Source: Candidatus Heimdallarchaeota archaeon
Lineage (GTDB): Archaea > Asgardarchaeota > Heimdallarchaeia > Hodarchaeales > Hodarchaeaceae
Assembly (NCBI GenBank): GCA_020353515.1
Contig: CP070695.1
Coordinates: forward strand, 4,394,823-4,458,822
DNA length: 64,000 nucleotides
Direction: 5' to 3'
Shown here in pieces: positions 48,201-57,052 of the stretch (its first letter is position 1; every line of letters begins with the position of its first letter). Both the position numbers and the translations under genes were made by a program. The notes beneath the pieces were generated by a model. That model was given only the letters and a program-made list of their open reading frames with translations, was not told the origin of the DNA and did not search any database.

Positions 48201-50009
48201 AATATATATGTTTCAGGAGTAGTTGGTGACCTATTCGATAAAAAAAGATATTATGTAGGAGGTGGAGCAGGTAGTGGGCATCATGAGTCCCCGAGTGATA
48301 TTACTGCGAATACAGGGGCCTCAACAATTCTAAATTATGAGAATGATTCTGATTATGGCGCAGCAATCAAATATAGCGGAACACATAAGGTGATGTATTT
48401 TGCATTTAATTGGGAAGCAATAGATGACGAAATTGATAGAATGGATTGCTTAAATCTGTCATTAAACTGGTTTAATCTTGATAAAAGGCCGACAAGTGTT
48501 TCAATAACCAACCCAAAAAATGGAACGTTGTCTAACCAAAATCCAACTTTTTTATGGAGTGGAACTGATGATTATGGAATAGAAAAATACACAATATTTC
48601 GAGATGGGATCTACCTGAAAACAACAACTGAAACTACTTTAACATTGAATGATCAACCAGAAGGATGGCATAGTTATAGAATTGTTGGATCTGATGGAAA
48701 AAATCAAAGTCAAGCTGACATGATATTTCTCTTTGTGGACACAACACCACCAATAGTAGGAAGTATCATTTCTCCCATGAATAAAACCTATTCAACACCT
48801 TTCATTCCAATTTATGTTACAAACCAGAGTGCAGTTCATGCTGCATGGTATCGGTATAAAAATGGGTCTTGGTCAGGAAACTATTCCCTGATTTATGATA
48901 CTGATGATGATAGGTGGGAAGCAGAAGTTCTTCGATGGAGTGATGGTAAGTATTTAGTACAAATCTTCTTCAATGATAGTGTAGGAAATGAAGCAACTAT
49001 AGAGGAATGGTTCAGCGTAAATACGACCTCTCCCGATGTTACCATTATCAGTCCTAGTAATATCACTTATACCTCCTCAAATGTAGATGTTTTTGCCAGT
49101 AATACCTCAAGAGTTCATACTGCGTGGTTTCGGTATAGGAATGGTTCTTGGTCAGGAAACTATTCCCTGATTTATGATTCAGATGAGGAGAGGTGGAGAA
49201 CAGAAGGGCTCACATGGAGTGATGGATATTACCAAGTACAGGTTTTCTTTAATAATAGTGCTGGATATGAGGCGTTTGATCAAGAATGGTTTACTGTAGA
49301 CACCAGTGCTCCTATCGTGATCATTAACACACCTCTGAACTCATCCTATGACCGAAATAGTGTCTGGCTAAGTTATTCTGTTTCCGATGGTGATGTTACT
49401 ATCTATATTGATGGTTTAGCCCTAAGTTCAGAATTCCCTGACGGTTTGACCCTATCTGATCTATTGGATGGGGCTCATAATATTACAATCGTTGCCATAG
49501 ATGAAGCTGGAAACAGAGGAAGGGACACAGTAATTTTTACTGTGGATACTCTTACACCCACGATAAATATTATTAATCCGACTAATACTCAGTATGTGCA
49601 AAATAACATCCAATTGATCTATACTGTTTCTGAGGGCGTGGTTACAATTTATATTGATGGGATAGCCAATACAACGGCAGTCCCTAGTGAATCGTACATT
49701 TCAGATCTCTCTGAAGGGAGTCATAATATTACTATTGTGGCAATAGATTCAGCAGGTAATATTAGAAAAGTCACTGTCATATTCACGGTGGGTACTATTC
49801 CTACTACCACTGTACCTGAAATTCCTAGTACAACACACCCAATAGTTACTCCTACCTCTACATTCCAACCAATTACTGATACTACAACAACTACTACTCA
49901 ATCAGAATCCACAAAAAAACGAGGTTCAGGATTCTTATTGATCGAGGTTTTCATGATGATAGCTTTGATAGGCATTTTAGTCAAAAGACTCAGATCCCAA
50001 AGAGAGTGA
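45264..50009 (+). CDS. S8 subtilisin-like serine protease with PPC/Ig-like repeats and C-terminal anchor
   Basis: Triad VLDTGID, HGSHVAG, GTSMSCP; SAGN; KPDIVAPG; DFDLFLY (PPC-like); tandem Ig-like repeats; T-rich linker, GSGF-TM-basic tail. Start uncertain. Confidence 0.92.
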   Translation: MFARINSVTRYNHNLTRLHAIITQIQSKIIAITFIVLFGLSVFSLFHINVVLGEKDSTYHSVSSLESKKSFIFDTISINQENNVERNQNLIDIKKMRKDQLKLLDKNTNQIADNLEKRIQESSQEKRMSIIVTTKTNEFQGDVLLFEAYGGVIRHIWDNPDDIIYGFSGEIHASKVKEFSEQVKSNIELIEENIPTMRNSDVATHLAMIRTHVWDNLNYTGDPNVAIAVLDTGIDDTHLAFSPGYQDQNWSKKIVGWYDATADGSTTPEDFGGHGSHVAGIVAANEYNNSYDDERIVSTWSYSYDPGQSAAGAFVYIIWVNRTGTIDISYVWQGESSAEGTNLKLYAPNGTLMASNTSGNSNMTVSRSISSEEDFGYWEVALGVSWGVSGGQLDIAGVNKYPYPEPTANYSRFSGVAPEAKLVGVKIFNKTGSGTSVEVINAFNWIKNNKATYHIAVASGSFSSSGTVVSVDSAAAALVNSGVTVVLSAGNDGQGTNSIFSPGQVDGVITVGATDDFDRITSYSSEGPGKTSNTTKPDIVAPGGERTQGAILQVDSNDADSKNSSWSDKIANDFTNIQGTSMSCPFVSGSIALLIQALGGYNYWENGYGSATNPFKVKQLILMTANEIYLDNRGGKDVVEGYGRLNIYAAIEAIENSYEIGTKTSGVLSFELGKRKVWAQNVTLTTGTNYTFVLTVPDGADFDLFLYEADPNQFGEPVVATRSTNFEIGADEYITYTPEVSGVYYLVVKSSFANQGSGTFNLTSTSGSDYPVVSIVSPSENEELSGEYTVQISALDSDLKAVYLKVADDTWINTTYTGTYYEYDYNTTALPDGNFSFVAKAVDSQGHITFLSVRNSYTDNFNQPILLVDDDTGQDYEKYYTRTLHRFSLQGGIGYDYHSVQALGSPSDNLLKQYQLVIWFTSTDSSTTLTATDQNNIISYLDSGGYLWISGQDIGQDIAPSSFYSNYLHANYDGDTVVDNIYVSGVVGDLFDKKRYYVGGGAGSGHHESPSDITANTGASTILNYENDSDYGAAIKYSGTHKVMYFAFNWEAIDDEIDRMDCLNLSLNWFNLDKRPTSVSITNPKNGTLSNQNPTFLWSGTDDYGIEKYTIFRDGIYLKTTTETTLTLNDQPEGWHSYRIVGSDGKNQSQADMIFLFVDTTPPIVGSIISPMNKTYSTPFIPIYVTNQSAVHAAWYRYKNGSWSGNYSLIYDTDDDRWEAEVLRWSDGKYLVQIFFNDSVGNEATIEEWFSVNTTSPDVTIISPSNITYTSSNVDVFASNTSRVHTAWFRYRNGSWSGNYSLIYDSDEERWRTEGLTWSDGYYQVQVFFNNSAGYEAFDQEWFTVDTSAPIVIINTPLNSSYDRNSVWLSYSVSDGDVTIYIDGLALSSEFPDGLTLSDLLDGAHNITIVAIDEAGNRGRDTVIFTVDTLTPTINIINPTNTQYVQNNIQLIYTVSEGVVTIYIDGIANTTAVPSESYISDLSEGSHNITIVAIDSAGNIRKVTVIFTVGTIPTTTVPEIPSTTHPIVTPTSTFQPITDTTTTTTQSESTKKRGSGFLLIEVFMMIALIGILVKRLRSQRE
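48867..49178 (+). repeat. Intragenic duplication in the S8 protease: identical 33-bp blocks at 48867-48899 and 49146-49178
   Basis: TCTTGGTCAGGAAACTATTCCCTGATTTATGAT occurs twice, 279 nt (93 codons) apart. Confidence 0.8.
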
Positions 50010-50237
50010 GTTTATAGAATTTTATAGATGAAAAAATAGGAATCATCTAGATAAGATATATATTTCCCAAGCCTATCGATAGTAAAGAATTAGATTTATG
50101 AAATTCTATATCCCTTTTTTTACCTTCTCCCTTTTTTTATTCCTTATGGAAGTGTGAAAACGTTCAACTTAGGATAAATCCTCATTCCGTTACAGGGCGC
50201 TTAATAAGAGAGGAATTTCCTAATAAAATTAGAGAGA

Positions 50238-51113
50238 ATGTTCATAGACTTACTGTTGATTATATTATCTCCATTCGTTTTTCTCTATTCTTTGATAATT
50301 TTTCAGCAACAACAGCACAGAAAAATAATTGAGTGCTGTATCTGTAGACGAAAAATTGCCCCTTTGGAAGAGAGGGTCATTTGCCCATATTGTCAAACTA
50401 TTTATCATCGCACACACCTATCTCTATGGTTGAGAATAAGAAAGAAATGTCCTATATGTAAAAATCATATTGAAGATTGTAAATCTTTGTTGTCTATTGT
50501 TTTGAAAGTACAAAATCCCTCAAGTAACATTCCTAACTCTCAACCAATTGATAACTCATGTCAAATTCAAAAAAAGGAGATTCGGATTTCGTCGTTCTTC
50601 AGGGAGTCACTAGTCTTTGAATGTCCATATTGCAAAAATATCTTAAATTCTGACAAAGAAGCCTTAAACCAATGCCAAATCTGTGGTTTGCGCATATTGT
50701 GGATAAATGATATTGAATCCAGAATTAAAATTCAAAATGATTTAAATTATTATAAAAACATCAAAAGAAAGATTTATAGTGAAAATAGTGAACGAAATTT
50801 TAGTAAAATAAACTATCGATATATAGAACGTCAGAAAATGAAAAAACGAGAGTCTTTCCGACAAGAATTACAGAAACAATCCCGATTAGAATCTCAAAAT
50901 CAGATATTATTACTCAATCTTGACTATTTGAGGAGAAAAAATCATCAATTAAATAATCAATCTAGTAATCCCTTAAAGCCCATAGAATTACTGGATGAAA
51001 AAAAGCATAAAAGAAAAATGAATTATTTAAGACTAGAAAGTGTCATATTACTTCTAATGCTTATTTTGACTATATTCTTATCATTAATCTCTACAATGGT
51101 TATTATTAGATAA
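50238..51113 (+). CDS. Membrane-anchored RING-like Zn-finger protein
   Basis: CCIC..CPYC...HRTH..W.....CPIC, second CPYC..CQIC ribbon, coiled coil, TM helices at both ends. Confidence 0.7.
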   Translation: MFIDLLLIILSPFVFLYSLIIFQQQQHRKIIECCICRRKIAPLEERVICPYCQTIYHRTHLSLWLRIRKKCPICKNHIEDCKSLLSIVLKVQNPSSNIPNSQPIDNSCQIQKKEIRISSFFRESLVFECPYCKNILNSDKEALNQCQICGLRILWINDIESRIKIQNDLNYYKNIKRKIYSENSERNFSKINYRYIERQKMKKRESFRQELQKQSRLESQNQILLLNLDYLRRKNHQLNNQSSNPLKPIELLDEKKHKRKMNYLRLESVILLLMLILTIFLSLISTMVIIR

Positions 51114-51150
51114 CTAATATAATTAATCTAGTAATCTGGAATAAAGGATG

Positions 51151-51417
51151 TTAGAATCCTTTCCCAAAAAATTCTGTAAGATTAAAATAGACGTTGATAA
51201 CAGCCTTGTCAGAAAGTTGAATGATTAATCGGTCATAAACGTTCTGATTCTCATTCAATAGTTCCTGCTTAAGTAATTGCCATTCCACCCCTCTCTTGCC
51301 GAATTTGTTCTCAAGATAAAGGTACTCCGCATTGATTCCCTCAAAATGATCATGGACATCAGATATTATTATAGCATTTTCAATCGTTGATCCGTCATGA
51401 GCAGAGTACGATACCAT
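51151..51417 (-). CDS. Hypothetical protein
   Basis: 88-aa ORF with protein-like composition (DGSTIENAIII...GINAEY.YL...YFNLTEFFG). Confidence 0.7.
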   Translation of the reverse strand: MVSYSAHDGSTIENAIIISDVHDHFEGINAEYLYLENKFGKRGVEWQLLKQELLNENQNVYDRLIIQLSDKAVINVYFNLTEFFGKGF

Positions 51418-51487
51418 TCCAATTTTTCTCCAATTCAGGTGTTGGTAAGCTAAAACAAAATCTGGTAATTTATAAAATACATGTCAT

Positions 51488-52936
51488 TTAAATACCAATT
51501 TTCTCTAATTCGGCTTTGATGGGTTTTATTTTTTCTGGAGATAGGTCCCAGTATTTCCAATACACTAGTGCCGCGAAGGCCATAAAAAAAGCTGGAACTA
51601 AACCAAAGTGGGCCATAATACCCCATAAAGCAGGATCAGATTGTATTGGAGCTTCTGGATCGAATGCAGTAAGTGTATGAATGATATATAATGTTCCAAT
51701 TTGAATAACTGTGACTAATCTTGCAAAAAAATTCCAAATCCCCAAATAAATACCTTCCTTTCTTTCGTGAAACTTTAAGGCTGCTAAATCAAAGAAATCC
51801 CCTTGGACTGGTATGCGAGATATTACTATTATTCCTCCTACAACACCCCACAAAGCAGCACCAAGCATCACAAACAGAAGACTTGCTTGAGCGCCAAAGA
51901 TCAAACTGAAAAAAATCAGTAATACTGGAAGCGGACTTAGCATTAAAGCGTATTTGAAGGCTTTTGAATGACCAAGTTTCTTCACAATCCAAATATAAAG
52001 TGGGATCAATAAAATAGTTGTCAATACATAAGGAAACGCTACCGTTGCTATCATTTGGCCGTATTCTGTGGATTCTGTATCTTTAATACCTAATATATAA
52101 GCAACATAATACGGTTGACTAGCGTTTATTAAAGCTAAAGCCACCGTAGTGCATAAAGTAACTATGGCTAATACGATAAATGGTTTAAGTTCAAAACAGT
52201 CTTTTATATTACTAAACAATTTAGGTAAAAACGGTTCTTGAGTTAATTCTTCTCTGAAATAAGCGTTTCTTATCGATTCCTCTTCTTTAATGCCAGGGAT
52301 TGATAGAATAAAGGAAATCAAAGCGATTATAGCTAGAATTATACTCATCATCATGTAGGAATCTGGATCTGGAGTAAGAGTTGCTACGATGGCTAATCCA
52401 ATGAAAGGACCCAGCATCATAAAAAGGTGTATGAAAGCCCCCAACGTCGTCCTTTCTTCCTTTGATCTAAACTTCACTGGAAGAAGTGCATTATAGTTGA
52501 CAAGAATGGTCGAAAGCAATCCATCATAAGCTGATAAGAAAAAAAGAAACCAGAAAAATAAAAACCAACTCCCTAAAGAAGAAACGAGGGATGCTGAGAA
52601 CAGAAGTACTAAAGCAAATAACAGAGGAATCGTACAGCCAACAATCCATGGAAATCTTTTCCCCCAACGACGAGTAAATCGGGTTTTTTGGTCAGAAAGA
52701 TGCCCAATAAACGGATCATTAAACATATCCCATATTGTGTATACTATACTTGCAAGAAACATCATTCCGATATCTAGACCGATCAACGACTCATAGAAAA
52801 AGGGATATTGTTGGGTAACTACAATGATCATTGCATTAAATCCAAACATCATTACAGCAAATGATGTGTAAGTTGATCGGGAATAATTTTGCCCCATATT
52901 AGCTGTTTGTTCTTTTAATTCACTTTGCTCGTTCAT
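51488..52936 (-). CDS. MFS transporter, GPH/MelB family
   Basis: WDMFNDPFIGHLSD...RWGKR.PW, ER, RKEG.Y.G; about 12 TM. Confidence 0.88.
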   Translation of the reverse strand: MNEQSELKEQTANMGQNYSRSTYTSFAVMMFGFNAMIIVVTQQYPFFYESLIGLDIGMMFLASIVYTIWDMFNDPFIGHLSDQKTRFTRRWGKRFPWIVGCTIPLLFALVLLFSASLVSSLGSWFLFFWFLFFLSAYDGLLSTILVNYNALLPVKFRSKEERTTLGAFIHLFMMLGPFIGLAIVATLTPDPDSYMMMSIILAIIALISFILSIPGIKEEESIRNAYFREELTQEPFLPKLFSNIKDCFELKPFIVLAIVTLCTTVALALINASQPYYVAYILGIKDTESTEYGQMIATVAFPYVLTTILLIPLYIWIVKKLGHSKAFKYALMLSPLPVLLIFFSLIFGAQASLLFVMLGAALWGVVGGIIVISRIPVQGDFFDLAALKFHERKEGIYLGIWNFFARLVTVIQIGTLYIIHTLTAFDPEAPIQSDPALWGIMAHFGLVPAFFMAFAALVYWKYWDLSPEKIKPIKAELEKIGI

Positions 52937-53108
52937 TTCGTACTCAATCCTTATAAATTTAAACAGAAAGTAATGTTTGATTCAAAATACCGGACTAAAA
53001 ATCTTTTAACGTTAAAGTGATTTTTTTATTACTAAACTTAAAAAACATTCTAGAAACAATCGCAGAAAACACAACTATCACTGATCTTAATTCTAAAAGA
53101 TCCATTGG

Positions 53109-54032
53109 ATGAGTAGAATGATGAATATCAACAGGAACAAGGATCTGAATTCTCAGATAATGAAACTTTCTGATGGACGCCGCTTTGGTTATGCTGAATA
53201 TGGGGATTTAAATGGAAAACCCGTTTTTTACATTCATGGTAATCTCGGAAGTCGTTTAGAGGCAGCATTTGTTGAGGAAGAAAAACTGACGGATTTGGAA
53301 GTTAGATTAATATGTATAGATCGTCCTGGAATGGGAATTTCCGATTACCAGCCTGACCGGAAGATTTTGGACCTTCCAAATGATATATTAGAGTTAGCTA
53401 ATCATGTAGGACTTACTAAAAAACAATTTTCAATACTTGGAGGAAGTGGCGGTGGGCCTTATGCTCTCGCTTGTGCCTTTAGAATCCCTTCAGAGCGATT
53501 AAAAAGTTGTATTATCGTCTCTGGGTTAGGGCCTTATGAACTAGATAAAACGGGGATGAATTCTCGTGGGAAAAACCAACTTATCATCGCTCGACATTTT
53601 CCATGGGTATATCGTTTCTTGATTTGGTTCATGATGGGTCGTAAAGCAACAGCTGAGAACAGAAAATGGTGGGAAAAGAATTTCCAAAAACTCAATAAAG
53701 ATCTGCCGCTCCCCGATCAGGAAGTTGTCCTAAATCCAAGTATTGTTGATCGAATGATAGAAAAAACAATTGAAGCCTTCAAACAAGGTTCAAAAGGCCC
53801 TGCTCATGACTTTATATTATACACTAAACCTTGGGGGTTCAAACTAGAAAATATTCCCAAAGAAACGAATGTTTTCATATTTCATGGGGAACAAGATGTC
53901 AATGTTCCAGTATCAATGGCACGAACTATCAGTCAGCAACTCCCTAATTGTAATTCTAAATTTTATCCAAACGAAGGTCATTTATCAGTTTTGGTTAACA
54001 ATTTTCCAGAGATATGTAACCCTCTTTTCTAA
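53109..54032 (+). CDS. Alpha/beta hydrolase
   Basis: L.DGR..GYAEYGD, HG, DRPGMG.S, GGSGGG nucleophile, HGEQD, EGH. Confidence 0.88.
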   Translation: MSRMMNINRNKDLNSQIMKLSDGRRFGYAEYGDLNGKPVFYIHGNLGSRLEAAFVEEEKLTDLEVRLICIDRPGMGISDYQPDRKILDLPNDILELANHVGLTKKQFSILGGSGGGPYALACAFRIPSERLKSCIIVSGLGPYELDKTGMNSRGKNQLIIARHFPWVYRFLIWFMMGRKATAENRKWWEKNFQKLNKDLPLPDQEVVLNPSIVDRMIEKTIEAFKQGSKGPAHDFILYTKPWGFKLENIPKETNVFIFHGEQDVNVPVSMARTISQQLPNCNSKFYPNEGHLSVLVNNFPEICNPLF

Positions 54033-54089
54033 TATCATCAGATTACAGGAAAAGTTGAGGTAATCCCAGCAGGATCAATCCTTCTCCAT

Positions 54090-54869
54090 TTATAGGAACG
54101 TAATTTGAGATTTATGTTCACTCAAATTTTTTTCTGAATTTGGTGTCACTGATTCAATATTTTTAATGAGAACGACGACTATCCCGGTAAATATAAATAA
54201 TCCAAAAATGAACAACCACCAAAAATTAGCCATTAAGATAGGAGCTAGGGGGGGTACGAACAATTCAACGACAATGGTATTACCCAGGTAATTGGTTCCA
54301 GAAATAATGAGCATCTTATCAATCTCGAACTGATAGTTCTTGTTTAAAAATAGTGGAAAAACAATGTAAGCTATGATTCGTAATAGATTTCTAAACCATT
54401 GTTCATTACAAGGGATGCATAAGAAGTCTTGAACAATAAAAGTAAAATCTTGGCCAAAAAAATTAGTTAAAATTGCCCCAAAGTTTAACATACAGAATGA
54501 AATTAATGCTGTGAGAATAAATAACTCTTTCTTTGTATCTATGTTTCGATATTGTTGAGCATTTTTTATAGATAAATATGATAGAAATCCGTTTGCTACA
54601 ATACCTAAGGGAAAAGATAAAAACAAAGAGAAAATTCCGAGTGGGAAATTTCTGAATGGATTCTCTTGTATTCCCTCAATAGGAACTTCTGGGATCTCTC
54701 GGTTGAGAATAATAGCTGGAACCACAATTATTCCATGACCACCTTCGTGAGAAAACATTGTAATAAAAATCAGAATAGGTAAAATTATTAAGAGTGTGCT
54801 ACTCATGAATATTAATATTAATATATTTTTTATAGAAAAAAAATCTTTTTCTGGTCGATTTAGATTCAA
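54090..54869 (-). CDS. Membrane protein with HEGGH motif (possible M50-like intramembrane metalloprotease)
   Basis: SHEGGH within the first hydrophobic region, later N...G.D, multiple TM. Confidence 0.55.
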   Translation of the reverse strand: MNLNRPEKDFFSIKNILILIFMSSTLLIILPILIFITMFSHEGGHGIIVVPAIILNREIPEVPIEGIQENPFRNFPLGIFSLFLSFPLGIVANGFLSYLSIKNAQQYRNIDTKKELFILTALISFCMLNFGAILTNFFGQDFTFIVQDFLCIPCNEQWFRNLLRIIAYIVFPLFLNKNYQFEIDKMLIISGTNYLGNTIVVELFVPPLAPILMANFWWLFIFGLFIFTGIVVVLIKNIESVTPNSEKNLSEHKSQITFL

Positions 54870-54902
54870 AATTCATACCTCATTTAATTTAATTTCCGAA
54901 AC

Positions 54903-55454
54903 CTATTCTGTATCACCAATATGCCTGAAAAAAAGTTTAAGAAAGGCTGGAGTAGATTTACGAATGCGAAGAAACCATAATAGCAGTATTAATTCTCCTA
55001 CGAGTAATATAAAGAGTATTGGATAAATTAGAAACGGGGTATCAGGTGTATTAAGGGCGATGATAGTGATAATTATGTGAATAACAATTATGAAAGAAAC
55101 CATCCCAATCCCGATATTGATTCCCTGTAAAGCTAACGGTTTTCCTGTTTCTTTTTGTGAGAGGAAAGCTTCTTTTAATAAGGGTTGATCAGCTTCCATT
55201 ATATCGCGATTGATAACATCTAATATTTCAAGCGTTCTTTTTCCAAGAGGGGTAATGATATATTTGTTTTCTTCGTTTTTACTAACAAAACCTTTGATTT
55301 GATTCAAATGATAAGTGAGTTTTCCCGAAGAGATATCAAAGTGATTTAACAGATCAGTGAAGGTTTGTGGTTGGTTGAATATAATTCTTAAAGCTTCTCT
55401 ACGTATATCATGAGCAATAGCTTGAATTATAACTTTTTCTGAAGGAATAGACAT
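54903..55454 (-). CDS. Winged-helix regulator with two C-terminal TM helices
   Basis: IAH.IRR..L......TFTDL...DISSGKLTYHL..I.G, Y.IT.LG; two TM. Confidence 0.8.
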   Translation of the reverse strand: MSIPSEKVIIQAIAHDIRREALRIIFNQPQTFTDLLNHFDISSGKLTYHLNQIKGFVSKNEENKYIITPLGKRTLEILDVINRDIMEADQPLLKEAFLSQKETGKPLALQGINIGIGMVSFIIVIHIIITIIALNTPDTPFLIYPILFILLVGELILLLWFLRIRKSTPAFLKLFFRHIGDTE

Positions 55455-55776
55455 TATATTAACACCAACAGAACCATAAACAGAATCATTTTTATTATTT
55501 TTTGAAAAGAAAACTTTACAACCGTGCCAAATAAATTTTACAAAGGAATGGAGTATTGAAAAGAAAAATTTCCAAATTCATCATAATTTATTGTCAAACG
55601 ATGTAAGTCTTCTCAATACATTTGAGGGAAGTAATTTCATGCTGTCATCTCAGATATAAATCTAAGATGTCTTTTCTATTAATTTTTTTAACTTGTCTGG
55701 ATGATAGTGCAATAATTGGGAGAATGATTTTTCAGGCTTTAGATGAGAGTTAGGAGTTATTTTTTCTAGCGGTTTT

Positions 55777-56550
55777 TTACTCTTTTTTTTTAATAATTTC
55801 AAAGAAATAGCTTTCTTGGACTATCATTTCGTCTCTAATACTTACCATAATCCGTTTACTGATCTTATTGGCAGTTGAATAAAAATCTGGATCTGAATCA
55901 CTCCATCCCTTTTTCCGATTGTATTTTTTGAAAAGAAGTGGTTTACAAAAGGAGATTGAAATAAACGACTTAAATTTAGGGACAATCTTTCCTTGACTTA
56001 ATGCTTCGTGGGATCCATGAATATACATTGGCACTACTGGGATCTTCCCGTTGAGTCTTAAAATAACTCGTCCAACTCCTGATTTTGCTTCTCGAATCAA
56101 ATGATGATAGTCGTGTATAGGATTACTAGGAATTCTTTTACCTTGTGGAGCTATAAGTACTGCTAAATTTTCTTTTAACAGTTTAATGGCATAATCGAGA
56201 GCTGGGTTTGGATCTTGTGAATAAACTGGAAAAGCTCCAAGATATTTCAGCAAACCAAAGAATTTTTGCTCCATTGCTTTTCCACTTGCCATTAAACCAC
56301 ATGAAGTTCTATTTCCAAAGGGGTACACCAATGCACTTGCAAAAATAAAGGTATCTAAATGGGATCTGTGATTAAAACAATAAATAACTGGGATTCCTTC
56401 AGGAAAATTGGTTGTATTTTCGATTCCATTTACTTCAAATCGAAAGTATCGACGTATAATTCGTGGAAGTATTAATTTAACAAATTGGTAAAATAACCTG
56501 TGTGGAAGCGACCATGACCGTGGGGTAGTTTTTGGAGGAAGAAGCAGCAT
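55777..56550 (-). CDS. plsC: Lysophospholipid acyltransferase (PlsC family), possibly frameshifted at the 3' end
   Basis: NHRSHLD (HxxxxD), GAFPV, IAPQGKR, KSGVG, PVVP.YI.G. Confidence 0.8.
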   Translation of the reverse strand: MLLLPPKTTPRSWSLPHRLFYQFVKLILPRIIRRYFRFEVNGIENTTNFPEGIPVIYCFNHRSHLDTFIFASALVYPFGNRTSCGLMASGKAMEQKFFGLLKYLGAFPVYSQDPNPALDYAIKLLKENLAVLIAPQGKRIPSNPIHDYHHLIREAKSGVGRVILRLNGKIPVVPMYIHGSHEALSQGKIVPKFKSFISISFCKPLLFKKYNRKKGWSDSDPDFYSTANKISKRIMVSIRDEMIVQESYFFEIIKKKE

Positions 56551-56690
56551 CTCAGCTCCTTATTTACTAAAATTTGTTTCTTACAATCAGAACAAAAATC
56601 ATTAATATATCGTTATTATATTATTATCTAGAGCTCTTTTCAACCTCCTTTGCTCTAAGATAAATCAACACCCTTCATGTTGACAAGAAG

Positions 56691-57050
56691 ATGAAAAGTA
56701 CTACCAAAAGAATAGATGAATTAGAACAATTGATCAAATCTCTCATGTTAGAAATTCACAACAATATCAACTACTCTGTTAAAAACATTTCCCATCTGGA
56801 AAAAGACGTAGACTACCTTAAATCCCTTATGAAAATTGATACTCTCGATGAGAAAAACGCTCTTACTGATAAACTGGTAGATGTCTTACGGGAGTTTTCG
56901 TATCAATACAGTAAATGTCAAATTTGTGGGATTGATAAAATCCTTATCCAGTGTTCTGAGTGTAAAAGACATACGTGTATGTCATGTTTGAACGTGGTGA
57001 CATCATCCTTGGGAAGGAAACAGTGTTTATATTGTGGCCATCGTGATTGA
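56691..57050 (+). CDS. Coiled-coil protein with C-terminal 8-Cys zinc finger
   Basis: CQIC...CSEC...CMSC...CLYC after a heptad-like N-terminus. Confidence 0.7.
   Translation: MKSTTKRIDELEQLIKSLMLEIHNNINYSVKNISHLEKDVDYLKSLMKIDTLDEKNALTDKLVDVLREFSYQYSKCQICGIDKILIQCSECKRHTCMSCLNVVTSSLGRKQCLYCGHRD
57003..57033 (+). repeat. 31-bp direct repeat, copy 1 (inside the 3' end of the Zn-finger gene)
   Basis: TCATCCTTGGGAAGGAAACAGTGTTTATATT; 30/31 match to 59950-59980. Confidence 0.85.
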
Positions 57051-57052
57051 TT

